From Propionibacterium ruminifibrarum (GTDB lineage Bacteria; Actinomycetota; Actinomycetes; Propionibacteriales; Propionibacteriaceae): DNA of 32,000 bases. Below, in pieces: positions 1 through 10,018 of the stretch; position 1 is the first letter of the stretch; every line of letters begins with the position of its first letter. The position numbers were made by a program, and so were the translations under genes. The stretch lies in the NCBI RefSeq assembly GCF_900289195.1, contig NZ_OMOH01000012.1, forward strand, positions 39,260 through 71,259, read 5' to 3'. The notes under the pieces are model-generated. The model saw nothing but the letters and a program-made list of their open reading frames with translations. It was not told the DNA's origin and made no database searches.

Positions 1-386
1 TCGCCGACGGGCTGCCGGTGCTGGCCACCTGCGCCGGGATGGTCGCGTGCGCCCGCGAGCTGTACGACGCAGCGCCCGGACAGCAGTGTCTGGGCGTCCT
101 CGACATCGGTGTGCACCGCAATGCCTTCGGTTCCCAACTCGACTCCTTCGAGACGCGTCTTGACGTCGACGGTGTCGGCGCGGACATCGAGGCCGTTTTC
201 ATCCGGGCGCCCGCCGTGACCCGGGTCGGTGGTCGAGTTCGTGTCATCGCGACCGTGGGGGACCGGGTCGTCGGCGTGCGTCAGGGCGCGATCACCGCCC
301 TGTCCTTCCACCCCGAGCTCACCAGTGACCGACGGGTGCATCGCGCTCTCGTCGAGCAGGCCCGGGCCCGCCGGAACCGGCCCTGA
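1..386 (+). CDS. pdxT: Pyridoxal 5'-phosphate synthase glutaminase subunit PdxT, 3' portion (5' end outside window)
   Basis: Frame is open from the window edge. The translation ...HRNAFGSQLDSFETRLDVDG...VFIRAP...LSFHPELTSDRRVH matches the conserved C-terminal half of PdxT/SNO glutaminases (RNxFGRQxDSFE, FIRAP, FHPELT). Confidence 0.85.
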   Translation, partial: ADGLPVLATCAGMVACARELYDAAPGQQCLGVLDIGVHRNAFGSQLDSFETRLDVDGVGADIEAVFIRAPAVTRVGGRVRVIATVGDRVVGVRQGAITALSFHPELTSDRRVHRALVEQARARRNRP

Positions 387-493
387 CCGGGTGTTCGCGC
401 CGTCCTTGTGCCCCAGGCCCCGGGATCATGCCCACCGCTTGGCCGTGGCGCCGCGCGAGGTGGCCGCAGGGATCACCCGAATTGAGGCAAGGC

Positions 494-581
494 TTACCAA
501 AATGAGTGGTAAAACCCCTAGCTGCTGTCGTGATTCGCTGTGGACGATGGGGTTTGACAGTGCCCCGATTTAGGAAACAAT
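494..581 (+). promoter_or_regulatory. Candidate sufR/suf operon control region: inverted repeat TTACCA-N7-TGGTAA (494-512) plus TTGACA (554-559) and AACAAT (576-581) hexamers
   Basis: Locally AT-richer intergenic DNA upstream of sufR. The 6-bp inverted repeat and a TTGACA with 16 nt spacing to AACAAT are seen directly. This -10 sits about 7 nt before the ATG at 588, suggesting a leaderless or very short-leader mRNA. Function is inferred only. Confidence 0.25.
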
Positions 582-587
582 GGGGTT

Positions 588-1292
588 ATGAAATCGGTGA
601 CGGAATTCGAGGACGAGCCCGAACGGGGCGAGTACTCCACCCGTCACCAGGTGCTGCACGAACTCCTCGTCAACGGGTCCGCGACGACCGCTGAACTGGC
701 CGACCGCCTTGGCGTCACCCCGACGGCCATCCGTCGTCACCTGGGCATCCTCGAGGCATCGGGTCAGGTCGTCGAGAAGGAGCGCTATGTCCGCGGCCGG
801 CGCGGCAGGGGCCGCCCCGCCAAGGCGTACGCCCTCACCGACCGTGGCCGCTCATCCTTCTTCCAGGACTACGACACTCTCGCCCTGCAGGCGCTCGGCG
901 CTCTGGTCGAGGCGGCCGGCCCAGAGGCCATCGTCACGGTGGGGGAGCGTCGTTACGGCGAGGTCGAGGCCCGCTATCACCAGCTCCGCGCAGAGGCCCC
1001 GGACGCCGATCCGGTCGAGGCGCTGGCCATCGTCCTGCGTGAGGAGGGATACGCGGCTCACGTCAGCGAGGTGCCAGGCGGCCACCAGTTGTGCCAGTAT
1101 CACTGTCCGGTCGCCCATGTCGCGGCCGAGTACCCGCAGCTGTGCGAGGCCGAGACGAGCATGTTCGCCAGGCTCTTCGACACCCCGGTGCAGCGGATCG
1201 CCACCATCGCCCACGGCGATGGCGTGTGCACCACCAACATCCCGTTGGGCACCCCCAACGGTCCCCACAAGCGAGAGGCAACACGCGCATGA
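588..1292 (+). CDS. sufR: SufR-type transcriptional regulator (winged HTH, ArsR/DeoR-like N-terminus, Cys-rich C-terminal Fe-S sensing region)
   Basis: The N-terminal HTH reads [23 protein letters not shown]. The C-terminal Cys motif reads [21 protein letters not shown]. It lies directly upstream of sufB and overlaps it by 4 nt (ATGA at 1289-1292). Confidence 0.8.
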   Translation: MKSVTEFEDEPERGEYSTRHQVLHELLVNGSATTAELADRLGVTPTAIRRHLGILEASGQVVEKERYVRGRRGRGRPAKAYALTDRGRSSFFQDYDTLALQALGALVEAAGPEAIVTVGERRYGEVEARYHQLRAEAPDADPVEALAIVLREEGYAAHVSEVPGGHQLCQYHCPVAHVAAEYPQLCEAETSMFARLFDTPVQRIATIAHGDGVCTTNIPLGTPNGPHKREATRA

Positions 1293-2731
1293 CGCAGGTT
1301 GATACGAGGCTCGAGAGCAGACTCGCCGAGCGCGACGAGCTGGTCGAGGACCTGACCACCTACAAGTACGGCTGGCACGACGCAGACGACTACTCGGCCG
1401 CCTTCCAGCGGGGCCTCTCCGAGGATGTCGTGCGCAGCATCTCCGGGCTCAAGAACGAGCCGGCGTGGATGCTGGAGCGGCGGCTGAAGGGCTTGGAGCA
1501 GTTCGAACGCAAGCCCCTGCCCACCTGGGGCTGCGACCTGTCGAAACTGCGTTTCGACGACATCAAGTACTTCGTCCGTGCCCAGGACAAGCCGGCCAGT
1601 GACTGGAATGACCTGCCCGAGGACATCAAGAACACCTACGACAGGCTGGGCATCCCCGAGGCCGAGAAGGCGCGTCTGGTCGACGGTGTCGCCGCCCAGT
1701 ACGAGTCGGAGGTGGTCTACCACAAGATCAACGAGGAACTCGGCCGCCAGGGCGTCATCTTCACCGACACCGACACCGGGCTGAAGGAGTACCCCGAACT
1801 CTTCAAGGAGTACTTCGGCACGGTCATCCCCGCCGGCGACAACAAGTTCGCGGCGCTGAACACGGCGGTGTGGAGCGGGGGCACGTTCATCTACGTGCCC
1901 AAGGGGGTGCACTGCACCATCCCGTTGCAGGCCTACTTCCGGATGAACACGGAGAACCTCGGTCAGTTCGAGCGGACCCTCATCATCGTCGACGACGACG
2001 CCTATGTGCACTACGTCGAGGGCTGCACCGCCCCCATCTACAAGACGGACTCGCTGCACGCCGCCATCGTCGAGATCATCGTCGGCAAGAACGCGCGCTG
2101 CCGCTACACGACCATCCAGAACTGGTCGAACAACGTCTACAACCTGGTGACCCAGCGGGCCACCGTCGCCGAGGGCGGCACCATGGAGTGGATCGACGGC
2201 AACATCGGGTCCAAGGCGAACATGAAGTACCCCGCCTGCCTGCTCATGGGGCCCCACGCCAAGGGCGAGGCGCTGTCGATCGCCTTCGCCGGCGAGGGCC
2301 AGCACCAGGACACCGGCGCCAAGATGGTGCACACCGCGCCCCACACGTCGAGCACGATCGTCTCGAAGTCGATCAGCCGCAACGGCGGACGCACCGGCTA
2401 CCGGGGCCTGGTCGCGGTGGCCGAGGGGTCCCACCATGCGATGTCCTCGGTCAAGTGCGATGCCCTGCTCGTCGACAACGTCTCACGCTCCGACACCTAC
2501 CCCTACGTGGACGTGCGGACCGACGACGTGCAGATGGAGCACGAGGCCACCATCTCCAAGATCTCCGAGGACCAGCTGTTCTACCTGATGCAGCGCGGTC
2601 TCAACGAGGACGAGGCGCGTGCCATGATTGTGCGCGGCTTCGTCGAGCCCATCGCTCGCGAGCTGCCCATGGAGTACGCACTCGAACTCAACCGCCTCAT
2701 CGAGCTTCAGATGGAAGGCGCGGTGGGCTGA
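1289..2731 (+). CDS. sufB: Fe-S cluster assembly protein SufB (480 aa, no intein)
   Basis: The ATG at 1289 lies inside the long ORF 1091..2731. The translation [10 protein letters not shown]...YKYGWHD...FIYVPKGV...[15 protein letters not shown]...[21 protein letters not shown] is a typical SufB. Confidence 0.95.
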   Translation: MTQVDTRLESRLAERDELVEDLTTYKYGWHDADDYSAAFQRGLSEDVVRSISGLKNEPAWMLERRLKGLEQFERKPLPTWGCDLSKLRFDDIKYFVRAQDKPASDWNDLPEDIKNTYDRLGIPEAEKARLVDGVAAQYESEVVYHKINEELGRQGVIFTDTDTGLKEYPELFKEYFGTVIPAGDNKFAALNTAVWSGGTFIYVPKGVHCTIPLQAYFRMNTENLGQFERTLIIVDDDAYVHYVEGCTAPIYKTDSLHAAIVEIIVGKNARCRYTTIQNWSNNVYNLVTQRATVAEGGTMEWIDGNIGSKANMKYPACLLMGPHAKGEALSIAFAGEGQHQDTGAKMVHTAPHTSSTIVSKSISRNGGRTGYRGLVAVAEGSHHAMSSVKCDALLVDNVSRSDTYPYVDVRTDDVQMEHEATISKISEDQLFYLMQRGLNEDEARAMIVRGFVEPIARELPMEYALELNRLIELQMEGAVG

Positions 2732-3951
2732 TGTCGCAGAGGAATGGAGCTGTTGCCGTGGCCGAACCGATGAGCCCTGGCGCCGAGGCGGTGGGCAACG
2801 CCATCGAGACCGTTGCCTCGCATCTGCACCCGAGGGTCTCGTGGAACCTCGATGACCATCCCGTACCCACCGGCCGCGAGGAGGTCTGGCGGTTCACCCC
2901 GGTCGACGCGGTGAAGGGGCTCCTCACCAGTGGTCCCACCGGCATCGAACTCGACTGCGAGCTCAGGCTGCCCGCCGGCGTGACCGCCGGGTTCATCGAG
3001 GGCGACGCCGTGCGCGCGGCAGCCGTCGAGCCCCCGGCCGACCGCACCTCGGCCGTCGCCGCCGCCAACACGGACCGGGCGCGCCTCGTGCAGGTGCCCG
3101 CCGGTCTCGAACTGGACGAGCCCATCGAGCTCAACTTCACCGGCACCGGCGTCGACGGCTTCGCCTACGGGCAGACGATCATCGAGGTCGGCGCCCATGC
3201 CACGGCCCAGATCCTGCTGCGCTACGAGGGTTCGGCCCAGGTCGCGGACAAGATCGACGTGCGGGTCGGTGAGGGGGCCCGCCTCGACCTGGTGACCCTG
3301 CAGGACTGGGCGCCGGACGCCGTGCACGTCGGACAGTCCTCCCTGCTCGTCGGGCATGACGCCACGGTCCGCACCGTGCAGGCCTCGCTCGGCGGGGCGG
3401 TCACCAGGATGCTCGAGCGCGCCAGCTACGAGTCCTCGGGCGGTGAGCTCGAGCAGTTCGGCCTCTACTTCGTCGATTCGGGCCGCCACGTCGAGCACCG
3501 TCTGTTCGTCGACCACAACCAGCCGCTGAGCCGCTCGAACATCGACTACCGCGGGGCCCTGCAGGACAAGGGCTCACTCGGCGTGTGGGTGGGTGACGTG
3601 CTCATCCGCAAGGAGGCCGAGGGCATCAGCACGTACGAGGCCAACAAGAACCTGCTGCTCACCGAGGGCGCCCGGGCCGAGTCGATTCCGAACCTCGAGA
3701 TCGCCACCGGTGACATCGAGGGCGCGGGCCACTCGTCCACCACCGGTCGATTCGACGACGAGCAGCTGTTCTACCTGCGCAGCCGGGGCATACCCGAGGA
3801 CGAGGCCCGGCGCCTGGTCGTCCAGGGCTTCTTCGTGGAGATCGTCCGCCGGATCGGCATCCCCGAGGTCGCCGAGCGACTCATCGCCGTCGTCGAGCGC
3901 CAGCTGGACGCCATCGCCCCGGACTGGGGCGCCCAGGAGCCGGCCTCGTGA
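2731..3951 (+). CDS. sufD: Fe-S cluster assembly protein SufD
   Basis: The ATG at 2731 overlaps the sufB stop (TGATG). The C-terminal region ...NLLLTEGARAESIPNLEI...HSSTTGRFDDEQLFYLRSRGIPEDEARRL is SufB/D family, and it sits between sufB and sufC. Confidence 0.9.
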   Translation: MSQRNGAVAVAEPMSPGAEAVGNAIETVASHLHPRVSWNLDDHPVPTGREEVWRFTPVDAVKGLLTSGPTGIELDCELRLPAGVTAGFIEGDAVRAAAVEPPADRTSAVAAANTDRARLVQVPAGLELDEPIELNFTGTGVDGFAYGQTIIEVGAHATAQILLRYEGSAQVADKIDVRVGEGARLDLVTLQDWAPDAVHVGQSSLLVGHDATVRTVQASLGGAVTRMLERASYESSGGELEQFGLYFVDSGRHVEHRLFVDHNQPLSRSNIDYRGALQDKGSLGVWVGDVLIRKEAEGISTYEANKNLLLTEGARAESIPNLEIATGDIEGAGHSSTTGRFDDEQLFYLRSRGIPEDEARRLVVQGFFVEIVRRIGIPEVAERLIAVVERQLDAIAPDWGAQEPAS

Positions 3952-4060
3952 ACCCGACACGTCTCATACCGCACATTCCCACACCCATGTACCCAGTTCG
4001 CGCCGAGGACGCCCCGGTTCTCGTCGGCATCGAACGCCCCGTGAAGGAGAACTGAAGAAG

Positions 4061-4810
4061 ATGGCTGAACTCGTCATCAAGGATCTGCATGTCGATGTCG
4101 ACACCGAGAATGGCCCCAAGGAGATCCTCAAGGGTGTCGACCTGACCGTCAGGGACGGTGAGGTGCACGCCATCATGGGCCCCAACGGCTCCGGCAAGTC
4201 GACCCTGGCCTACGCCATCGCCGGCCACCCGAAGTACACCATCACCCAGGGGTCGGTGACGCTCGACGGCGTCGAGCTGTCCGATCTGCCCGTCGACGAG
4301 CGCGCCCGCGCCGGCCTGTTCCTCGGCATGCAGTACCCGGTCGAGGTTCCCGGCGTCTCGATGGCCAATTTCCTGCGCACCGCCAAGACGGCTCTTTCCG
4401 GTGAGGCCCCCAAGGTCAGGACCTGGCCCAAACAGGTCAACGAGGCCCTGACCGTCATGGACCTGACCAGCGACTTCTCCGAACGCTCCGTCAACGAGGG
4501 TTTCTCCGGCGGCGAGAAGAAGCGCGGCGAGATCGCCCAGCTCGAACTGCTCGATCCGCGGGCCGCCATTCTCGACGAGATCGACTCCGGTCTCGACATC
4601 GACGCCCTGCGGGTCGTCTCGGCCGGCATCGAACGGTTCGCCAAGAAACCCGACAAGCTGGTGCTGCTCATCACGCACTACACGCGCATCCTGCGCTACG
4701 TGCACCCCGACCGCGTCCACGTCTTCGTGGACGGTCGGGTCAAGGTCTCCGGCGGCCCCGAGCTCGCCGACAACCTCGAGGAGCGGGGCTACGAGCAGTA
4801 TGCGAAGTGA
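4061..4810 (+). CDS. sufC: Fe-S cluster assembly ATPase SufC
   Basis: The start MAELVIKDLHV follows a GAAGGAGA RBS. It has Walker A GPNGSGKST, the signature FSGGEKKR and Walker B LDEIDSGLD. Confidence 0.95.
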   Translation: MAELVIKDLHVDVDTENGPKEILKGVDLTVRDGEVHAIMGPNGSGKSTLAYAIAGHPKYTITQGSVTLDGVELSDLPVDERARAGLFLGMQYPVEVPGVSMANFLRTAKTALSGEAPKVRTWPKQVNEALTVMDLTSDFSERSVNEGFSGGEKKRGEIAQLELLDPRAAILDEIDSGLDIDALRVVSAGIERFAKKPDKLVLLITHYTRILRYVHPDRVHVFVDGRVKVSGGPELADNLEERGYEQYAK

Positions 4811-6053
4811 CGTCGACGTCGAGGCGATCCGCCGCGACTTCCCGATCCTGGGACGGCAGGTGGGGCCCTACCCCCTCACCTACCTGGACAGTGCGAACAC
4901 CTCCCAGAAGCCCCTCAGCGTCATCGAGGCGCTGACCAGCCACTACCGTGAGCACAACGCCAATGTCGCCCGCGCCATGCACGTGCTCGGCGCCGAGTCG
5001 ACGGCGGGTTATGAGGGTGCTCGCGCGAAGGTCGCCGGCTTCATCGGGGCGAAGGACCCCGCGGAGGTCGTCTTCACCAAGAACGCCTCGGAAGCTCTCA
5101 ACCTGGTGGCGAACACTCTCGGGAACCGGCTGGGGCCCGGTGACGAGGTCGTCATCTCGGTGATGGAGCACCACTCGAACCTCATCCCGTGGCAGATGGT
5201 GTGCGAACGCACCGGGGCCACGTTGCGCTGGTTCGACATCACCGACGAGGGCCGTCTCGACCTCGAGGCGGCCGAACGGGACGGGCTCATCAACGAGCGC
5301 ACCAGGATCGTCTCGCTGGCCTGGGTCTCCAACGTGCTGGGCACCGTCAACCCCATCGCGCGCATCGCCGAGCAGGCCCACGCCGTCGGCGCGGTCATGG
5401 TGGCCGACGGCTCCCAGGGGGTGCCCCAGCTGCCCACGGACGTGTCCGAACTCGGCGTCGACCTGCTGGCCTTCACCGGCCACAAGATGCTGGGACCGAC
5501 CGGCGTGGGGGTGCTGTGGGGCAGGCGCGCCCTGCTCGACGAGTTGCCGCCCTTCCTGGGCGGCGGCGAGATGATCGGCGTCGTCACCATGGAGGGCGCC
5601 ACCTGGGCCGACGTGCCGCACAAGTTCGAGGCCGGCACCCCACCGATCGCCCAGGCCGTCGGTCTCGGCGCCGCCGTGGACTACCTCGCGAACGTCGGCA
5701 TGGAACAGGTCGCCGCCCACGAGCACGAGATCACCGAGTACGCGCTGGCCCGGCTCGGCGAGATCCCCGCCGTGCACGTCATGGGGCCGACCACGGCCGT
5801 CGAGCGTGGGGGAGCGATCAGCTTCACCGTCGACGACGTGCACCCGCACGACCTCATGCAACTGCTCGACTCACGGGGCGTCGCGGTGCGCGGCGGACAC
5901 CACTGCGCCGAACCACTGCACCGGCGCCTCGGTGTGCAGAGTTCGGCTCGGGCATCCGGGTATCTTTACACGACGAAGGCCGAGATCGACGCCCTCTGCG
6001 AGGCCGTCGTCTGGGCCCACGATTTCTTCACCGGGAAGCTGAGAGGCCGCTGA
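4800..6053 (+). CDS. sufS: Cysteine desulfurase SufS (class V aminotransferase, group II)
   Basis: Contains YLDSANTSQKP, the PLP-Lys region FTGHKMLGPTG, and RGGHHCAEPL with the active-site Cys. It overlaps the sufC stop by 11 nt. Confidence 0.9.
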   Translation: MRSDVDVEAIRRDFPILGRQVGPYPLTYLDSANTSQKPLSVIEALTSHYREHNANVARAMHVLGAESTAGYEGARAKVAGFIGAKDPAEVVFTKNASEALNLVANTLGNRLGPGDEVVISVMEHHSNLIPWQMVCERTGATLRWFDITDEGRLDLEAAERDGLINERTRIVSLAWVSNVLGTVNPIARIAEQAHAVGAVMVADGSQGVPQLPTDVSELGVDLLAFTGHKMLGPTGVGVLWGRRALLDELPPFLGGGEMIGVVTMEGATWADVPHKFEAGTPPIAQAVGLGAAVDYLANVGMEQVAAHEHEITEYALARLGEIPAVHVMGPTTAVERGGAISFTVDDVHPHDLMQLLDSRGVAVRGGHHCAEPLHRRLGVQSSARASGYLYTTKAEIDALCEAVVWAHDFFTGKLRGR

Positions 6054-6514
6054 TGAACGTCGAGGAGATGTACCAGGACATCATTCTGGACCACTACCGC
6101 GAGAAGCACCACAGCGGGCTGCGCACCCCCTTCGGCGCCGAGGTGCACCACGTGAATCCGAGCTGCGGCGACGAACTGACGCTGCGCGTGGCGATCGACG
6201 GTGACCGGATCGGGGATGTGAGCTACGCCGGTGAGGGGTGCTCCATCTCCCAGGCCTCCAGTTCGGTCATGACCGATCTGGTCATCGGTCACACCGTCGA
6301 GGAAGCAATGGACGTCTTCTCGGTGTTCAAGCAGATGATGGAGAGCCAGGGCCGGATCGAGCCCGACGAGGACGTCCTGGAGGACGCGATCGCGTTCGCC
6401 GGCGTCTCACAGTTCCCGGCACGCGTCAAGTGCGCCATGCTGAGCTGGATGGCTCTGCGCGATGCGCTCGCCCGTGCCGGCGCGAACATCAGCGACGAGA
6501 AGGAGACAGAATGA
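6053..6514 (+). CDS. sufU: Fe-S cluster scaffold / sulfur acceptor SufU (IscU/NifU-like)
   Basis: Begins MYQDIILDHYREKHH. The conserved Cys positions are present (NPSCGDEL, GEGCSISQAS, VKCAML). Its ATG overlaps the sufS stop (TGATG). Confidence 0.85.
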   Translation: MNVEEMYQDIILDHYREKHHSGLRTPFGAEVHHVNPSCGDELTLRVAIDGDRIGDVSYAGEGCSISQASSSVMTDLVIGHTVEEAMDVFSVFKQMMESQGRIEPDEDVLEDAIAFAGVSQFPARVKCAMLSWMALRDALARAGANISDEKETE

Positions 6515-6921
6515 CTGAGCAGCAGTCACTCAACGGCGGTATGACGCCCGGGCAGCGCCCGTCCGACTTGGTGCGCGACAGGCTGCCCGACGCCCCGACC
6601 GGCGTCACCGAGCCCCCGACCCAGGATCAGGTCCTCGAGGCCCTCAAGGAGGTCATCGACCCCGAGCTCATGGTCAACGTCGTTGATCTGGGACTCGTGT
6701 ACGGCGTCGAGATCGACGAAGAGGCCAATGTCGTCGTCGACATGACATTGACGAGCCCGGCCTGCCCGCTCACGGACCAGCTCGAATGGGGTGCCCAGTC
6801 GGCTCTCGACGGGCTCGTGAACTCGGTGACGATCAACTGGGTCTGGCTGCCGCCGTGGACCCTGGACCGCATCACCGACGACGGACGGGAGCAGTTGCGG
6901 TACATCGGCTTCAACGTCTGA
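6511..6921 (+). CDS. sufT: SufT-like Fe-S assembly protein (DUF59 / MIP18 family)
   Basis: Carries the typical DUF59 core VIDPELMVNVVDLGLVYGV...TLTSPACPL. It is the last gene of the suf cluster, with a 4-nt overlap with sufU. Confidence 0.75.
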   Translation: MTEQQSLNGGMTPGQRPSDLVRDRLPDAPTGVTEPPTQDQVLEALKEVIDPELMVNVVDLGLVYGVEIDEEANVVVDMTLTSPACPLTDQLEWGAQSALDGLVNSVTINWVWLPPWTLDRITDDGREQLRYIGFNV

Positions 6922-6931
6922 ATCGGCACAG

Positions 6932-6983
6932 GGCACGTGATGGGGGTTGCCGTGCACCGGGCACGCAGCCCCCATCACGTGCC
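6932..6983. terminator. Strong hairpin between convergent genes (likely bidirectional intrinsic terminator)
   Basis: A perfect 15-bp inverted repeat, GGCACGTGATGGGGG (6932-6946) and CCCCCATCACGTGCC (6969-6983), flanks a 22-nt loop that itself holds a small CGTGC/GCACG stem. It lies 11 nt after the sufT stop and 27 nt after the stop of the minus-strand gene. Confidence 0.6.
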
Positions 6984-7009
6984 TGCCCCGACCCGGGCGG
7001 GTTCGGGGG

Positions 7010-7222
7010 TCACTCGTTGTGAATCCGTTCGGGGCCGAAGGAACCGGCCCAGCCCATCAGGACGGCTGAGACGAACCAGCAGACGTTCTCGATGACGCCC
7101 AGCCAGGTGCCGACGAAGACCTGGATGAGCGCGTTGATCGCCATGACGACCACGACGATGAGAACGAAACGCGCCACGAGGGCACGCCGGCTTGGGCGCG
7201 ATGCACGTGAGGCATCTGACAT
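7010..7222 (-). CDS. Small hydrophobic membrane protein (70 aa), function unknown
   Basis: ATG at 7222 (MSDASRASRPSRR...) is followed by two hydrophobic stretches (FVLIVVVVMAINALIQVFV, VCWFVSAVLMGWAG). GC3 is high in this frame. The longer ORF to 7273 is possible. Confidence 0.5.
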   Translation of the reverse strand: MSDASRASRPSRRALVARFVLIVVVVMAINALIQVFVGTWLGVIENVCWFVSAVLMGWAGSFGPERIHNE

Positions 7223-7495
7223 CTGGTTCGCTTTCGTCGTCCTGTGCTGCCTATGGGGGTGGCGGGGGTACATGGCGCCTGCTCCCGGGTACCTCGCACG
7301 ATCGGGGGGCGTTTGCGACGATGACGCGACACGCAGGTGTCTTCATTGTGCGACGGAACGTCCCCTGTGACCAAATCGAAAGAACCTTTTTCAACCATTT
7401 TGTTGTCCCCATGACGCGGACGGGCGACTTTTGTGCGGGGCCGGCGCGTGCGGGAGAATGGACGACGGTCCATCGTCGAGGAGTGCAGGAGCACA

Positions 7496-9094
7496 GTGTT
7501 ACAAGCCAATGACCTGGAGGTACGTGTCGGCGCCCGCCTGCTGCTGGCTCCCGTGAGCTTCCAGGTGGCCGACGGTGACAAGATCGGGGTCGTCGGCCGC
7601 AACGGTGCCGGCAAGACGACGACGATGCGGATCCTGGCCGGTGAGAGTCTTCCATCGGGGGGCGTGGTCAGGCGCTCGGGCCGGATCGGATACCTGCCGC
7701 AGGACCCCCGGGAATCGGACCTTTCGATCACGGCTCGGTCGCGCATCATCTCGGCCCGCAACATCGAGTCCCTGATGACCAGGATGAGCCGGGCCACCGA
7801 TGACATCTCCCGCACCAGCGGAGCTGAACGCGAGAAGGCGCTCGCCGCCTACGACCGAGCCGAGGCCGCCTTCGTCGCTGCCGGCGGCTACGGCGCCGAG
7901 GCCGAGGCCGCGCGCATCGCGTCCAACCTGGGTCTGCCCGACCGGGTCCTCGCCCAGCCGCTGCACGAACTGTCGGGCGGCCAGCGACGCCGCGTGGAGC
8001 TTGCCCGCATCCTGTTCAGCAATGCCGACACCCTGCTGCTCGACGAGCCGACGAACCACCTCGACACCGACTCGATCACCTGGCTCCGTGATTTCCTGGC
8101 GTCCTACGCCGGCGGTGTCATGATGATCAGCCACTCCACCGAGTTGCTGGACGAGACGGTCACCAAGGTCTTCCACCTCGATGCGAACCGGGCCACGCTC
8201 GATGTCTACTCGATGGGGTGGAAGCTCTACCTGGCCCAGCGCCAGGCCGATGAGAAGCGCCGCCGCCGGGAGAGGCTGAACGCCGAACGCAAGGCCGCTC
8301 AACTGCTGGCCCAGTCCGAGCGGCTGCACGCCAAGGCGACCAAGGCGACCGCCGCTCAGAACATGGCCCGCCGCGCCGAGAGACTGCTGGCCGGCACCGA
8401 GACCGAACGGACCCAGGACCGGGTTGCGGCGATCTCCTTCCCCGATCCGGCTCCCTGCGGCAGGACACCGCTCATGGCCGAGGGACTGTCGAAGGCCTAC
8501 GGCTCGCTGGAGGTCTTCACCGACGTCGACCTCGCCATCGACAAGGGCTCCCGGGTCGTGGTGCTGGGGCTGAACGGTGCCGGCAAGACGACCCTGCTGC
8601 GCCTGCTGTACGGCGCCGAGAAGCCCGACACCGGCGAGGTGCTGCCCGGTCACGGCCTCAAGCTCGGCTACTTCGCCCAGGAGCACGACATGCTCGACAT
8701 GGACGCCACCGTGCTCGAGAACATGCAGGCCGCCGCACCCCAGCTGAACGAGACCGATGCCCGTGCGGTACTCGGCGCTTTCCTCTTCACCGGGGATGAC
8801 GACCACAAACCGGCGCGAGTGCTGTCGGGCGGCGAGAAGACCCGGCTGGCGTTGGCCACGCTCGTCGTCAGCGCGGCCAATGTGCTGCTGCTCGACGAGC
8901 CGACGAACAACCTCGACCCGGCGAGCCGCGAGCAGGTGCTGGGCGCGATCCGCGCCTACAAGGGCGCGATGGTGCTCGTCACTCACGACGAGGGCGCCGT
9001 CCAGGCCCTCAGCCCGGACCGTGTCCTGCTGCTGCCCGACGGGGACGAGGACCTGTGGAACGAGGACTACGCCGAGCTCGTCGCGCTGGCCTGA
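7496..9094 (+). CDS. ABC-F family ATPase (two fused ABC domains, no transmembrane domain); ribosome-associated/translation-factor type
   Basis: Two Walker A motifs (GRNGAGKTT, GLNGAGKTT) and two signatures (LSGGQRRR, LSGGEKTR) are separated by a charged linker (QRQADEKRRRRERLNAERKAAQL). GTG 7496 is preceded by AGGAG at 7486-7490. An alternative GTG lies at 7433. Confidence 0.85.
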   Translation: MLQANDLEVRVGARLLLAPVSFQVADGDKIGVVGRNGAGKTTTMRILAGESLPSGGVVRRSGRIGYLPQDPRESDLSITARSRIISARNIESLMTRMSRATDDISRTSGAEREKALAAYDRAEAAFVAAGGYGAEAEAARIASNLGLPDRVLAQPLHELSGGQRRRVELARILFSNADTLLLDEPTNHLDTDSITWLRDFLASYAGGVMMISHSTELLDETVTKVFHLDANRATLDVYSMGWKLYLAQRQADEKRRRRERLNAERKAAQLLAQSERLHAKATKATAAQNMARRAERLLAGTETERTQDRVAAISFPDPAPCGRTPLMAEGLSKAYGSLEVFTDVDLAIDKGSRVVVLGLNGAGKTTLLRLLYGAEKPDTGEVLPGHGLKLGYFAQEHDMLDMDATVLENMQAAAPQLNETDARAVLGAFLFTGDDDHKPARVLSGGEKTRLALATLVVSAANVLLLDEPTNNLDPASREQVLGAIRAYKGAMVLVTHDEGAVQALSPDRVLLLPDGDEDLWNEDYAELVALA

Positions 9095-9151
9095 GGCGCC
9101 GTGAGGCGGCCGGCGGCCGCCGGACGGGCGCGATGAGCGGCCCGGACGGGG

Positions 9152-9832
9152 TCAGGGCCACCCGAGCGTGCGGACCACCTCGTCGAAGGTGTTGTCGGTG
9201 CGTTCGCTGCGGTTCAGGTGGAGTTCGGCCTGGGCCTGATCCATCTCGATGGCCATGGCGGCGGGGTCATCGGCGGCGGCCGCCGGCAGGGGATTCCTCG
9301 TCGTGGCGTTGAGGCGGACGAAGGCGGCGAGCTCATCGGCCGCCCGATCGATGTGGGCGCGCACGTTCTCCATGTCCCCGCCCAGCTCGCTGGTCGTCAG
9401 GTAGACGCCGGTCGGTGTGGTCATGGTGCGCAGATAGCTGAACAGCGGACGCATGGCGTGCTCGATGACGAGCGAATGACGTTCGGAGCTCCCGGTGGCG
9501 CCGAGCAGCACCGGCTTGTGGACCAGGTCGGTCGGCGGCAGCAGGTCGATGAAGGACTTGAACAGGCCCGAGTACGAACCCTGGAAGGTGGGGGAGACGG
9601 CGATGAGGGCGTCGGCGTCCTTCACCGAGGCGATCACCTCTGCCAGATTCGGATGGGTGAAACCGCCCAGGAGCGCGTCGGTGATGGCCTGCGCGTAGTC
9701 GCGCACCTCGATGCTGGTCACGGTGAGCGGCCCGGGAAGCCGCACGCACACCGCCTCGGTCAACTCGTCAGCCAGCATTCGCGTCGTCGACGGTGCGCGC
9801 ATGCCGGCACTGACCACGGTCAGGGTCGTCAT
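9152..9832 (-). CDS. NAD(P)H-dependent FMN reductase family protein (SsuE/MsuE-like)
   Basis: MTTLTVVSAGMRAPSTT...ADALIAVSPTFQGSYSGLFKSFIDLL matches the flavodoxin-like FMN reductase pattern. The ATG at 9832 is chosen inside ORF 9152..9928. Confidence 0.75.
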   Translation of the reverse strand: MTTLTVVSAGMRAPSTTRMLADELTEAVCVRLPGPLTVTSIEVRDYAQAITDALLGGFTHPNLAEVIASVKDADALIAVSPTFQGSYSGLFKSFIDLLPPTDLVHKPVLLGATGSSERHSLVIEHAMRPLFSYLRTMTTPTGVYLTTSELGGDMENVRAHIDRAADELAAFVRLNATTRNPLPAAAADDPAAMAIEMDQAQAELHLNRSERTDNTFDEVVRTLGWP

Positions 9833-10018
9833 GGTGATCTCCGTTCTCACCCCGGATCGTAAGGCCTCCAGACGGCCGACGACCACGCCGAAATGGATAT
9901 GTGCCGGACGAGGACATGATCGTGACACCCGACTTCCGGCGTCACCCCTAGCCGGAGGGCGCCATCACGGTGTTAAGCCGCTCGCGAGTTTCCCGGGCGG
10001 GGCCGAGGCGGCCCCGGC

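Noticed and set aside
1100-2437. 445-aa minus-strand ORF
   Set aside because: It is antisense to sufB, with low-complexity Arg/Gly/Val/Asp composition and no motifs. This is a shadow ORF of a high-GC gene.
3952-4060. 109-bp gap between sufD and sufC in an otherwise overlapping operon (some actinobacteria carry a Rieske ferredoxin gene here)
   Set aside because: No ORF or convincing hairpin is present. It is a C/A-rich spacer ending in a good RBS, probably just an intercistronic spacer. I could not support any feature.
7499-8986. 495-aa minus-strand ORF
   Set aside because: It is antisense to the ABC-F gene, which has two complete ABC motif sets on the plus strand.
9110-9123. Perfect GC palindrome CCGGCGGCCGCCGG between convergent ABC-F and FMN reductase genes, considered as a terminator
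   Set aside because: It has no loop and is only 14 bp. Such GC palindromes occur by chance in high-GC DNA, so this is not enough for a terminator call.
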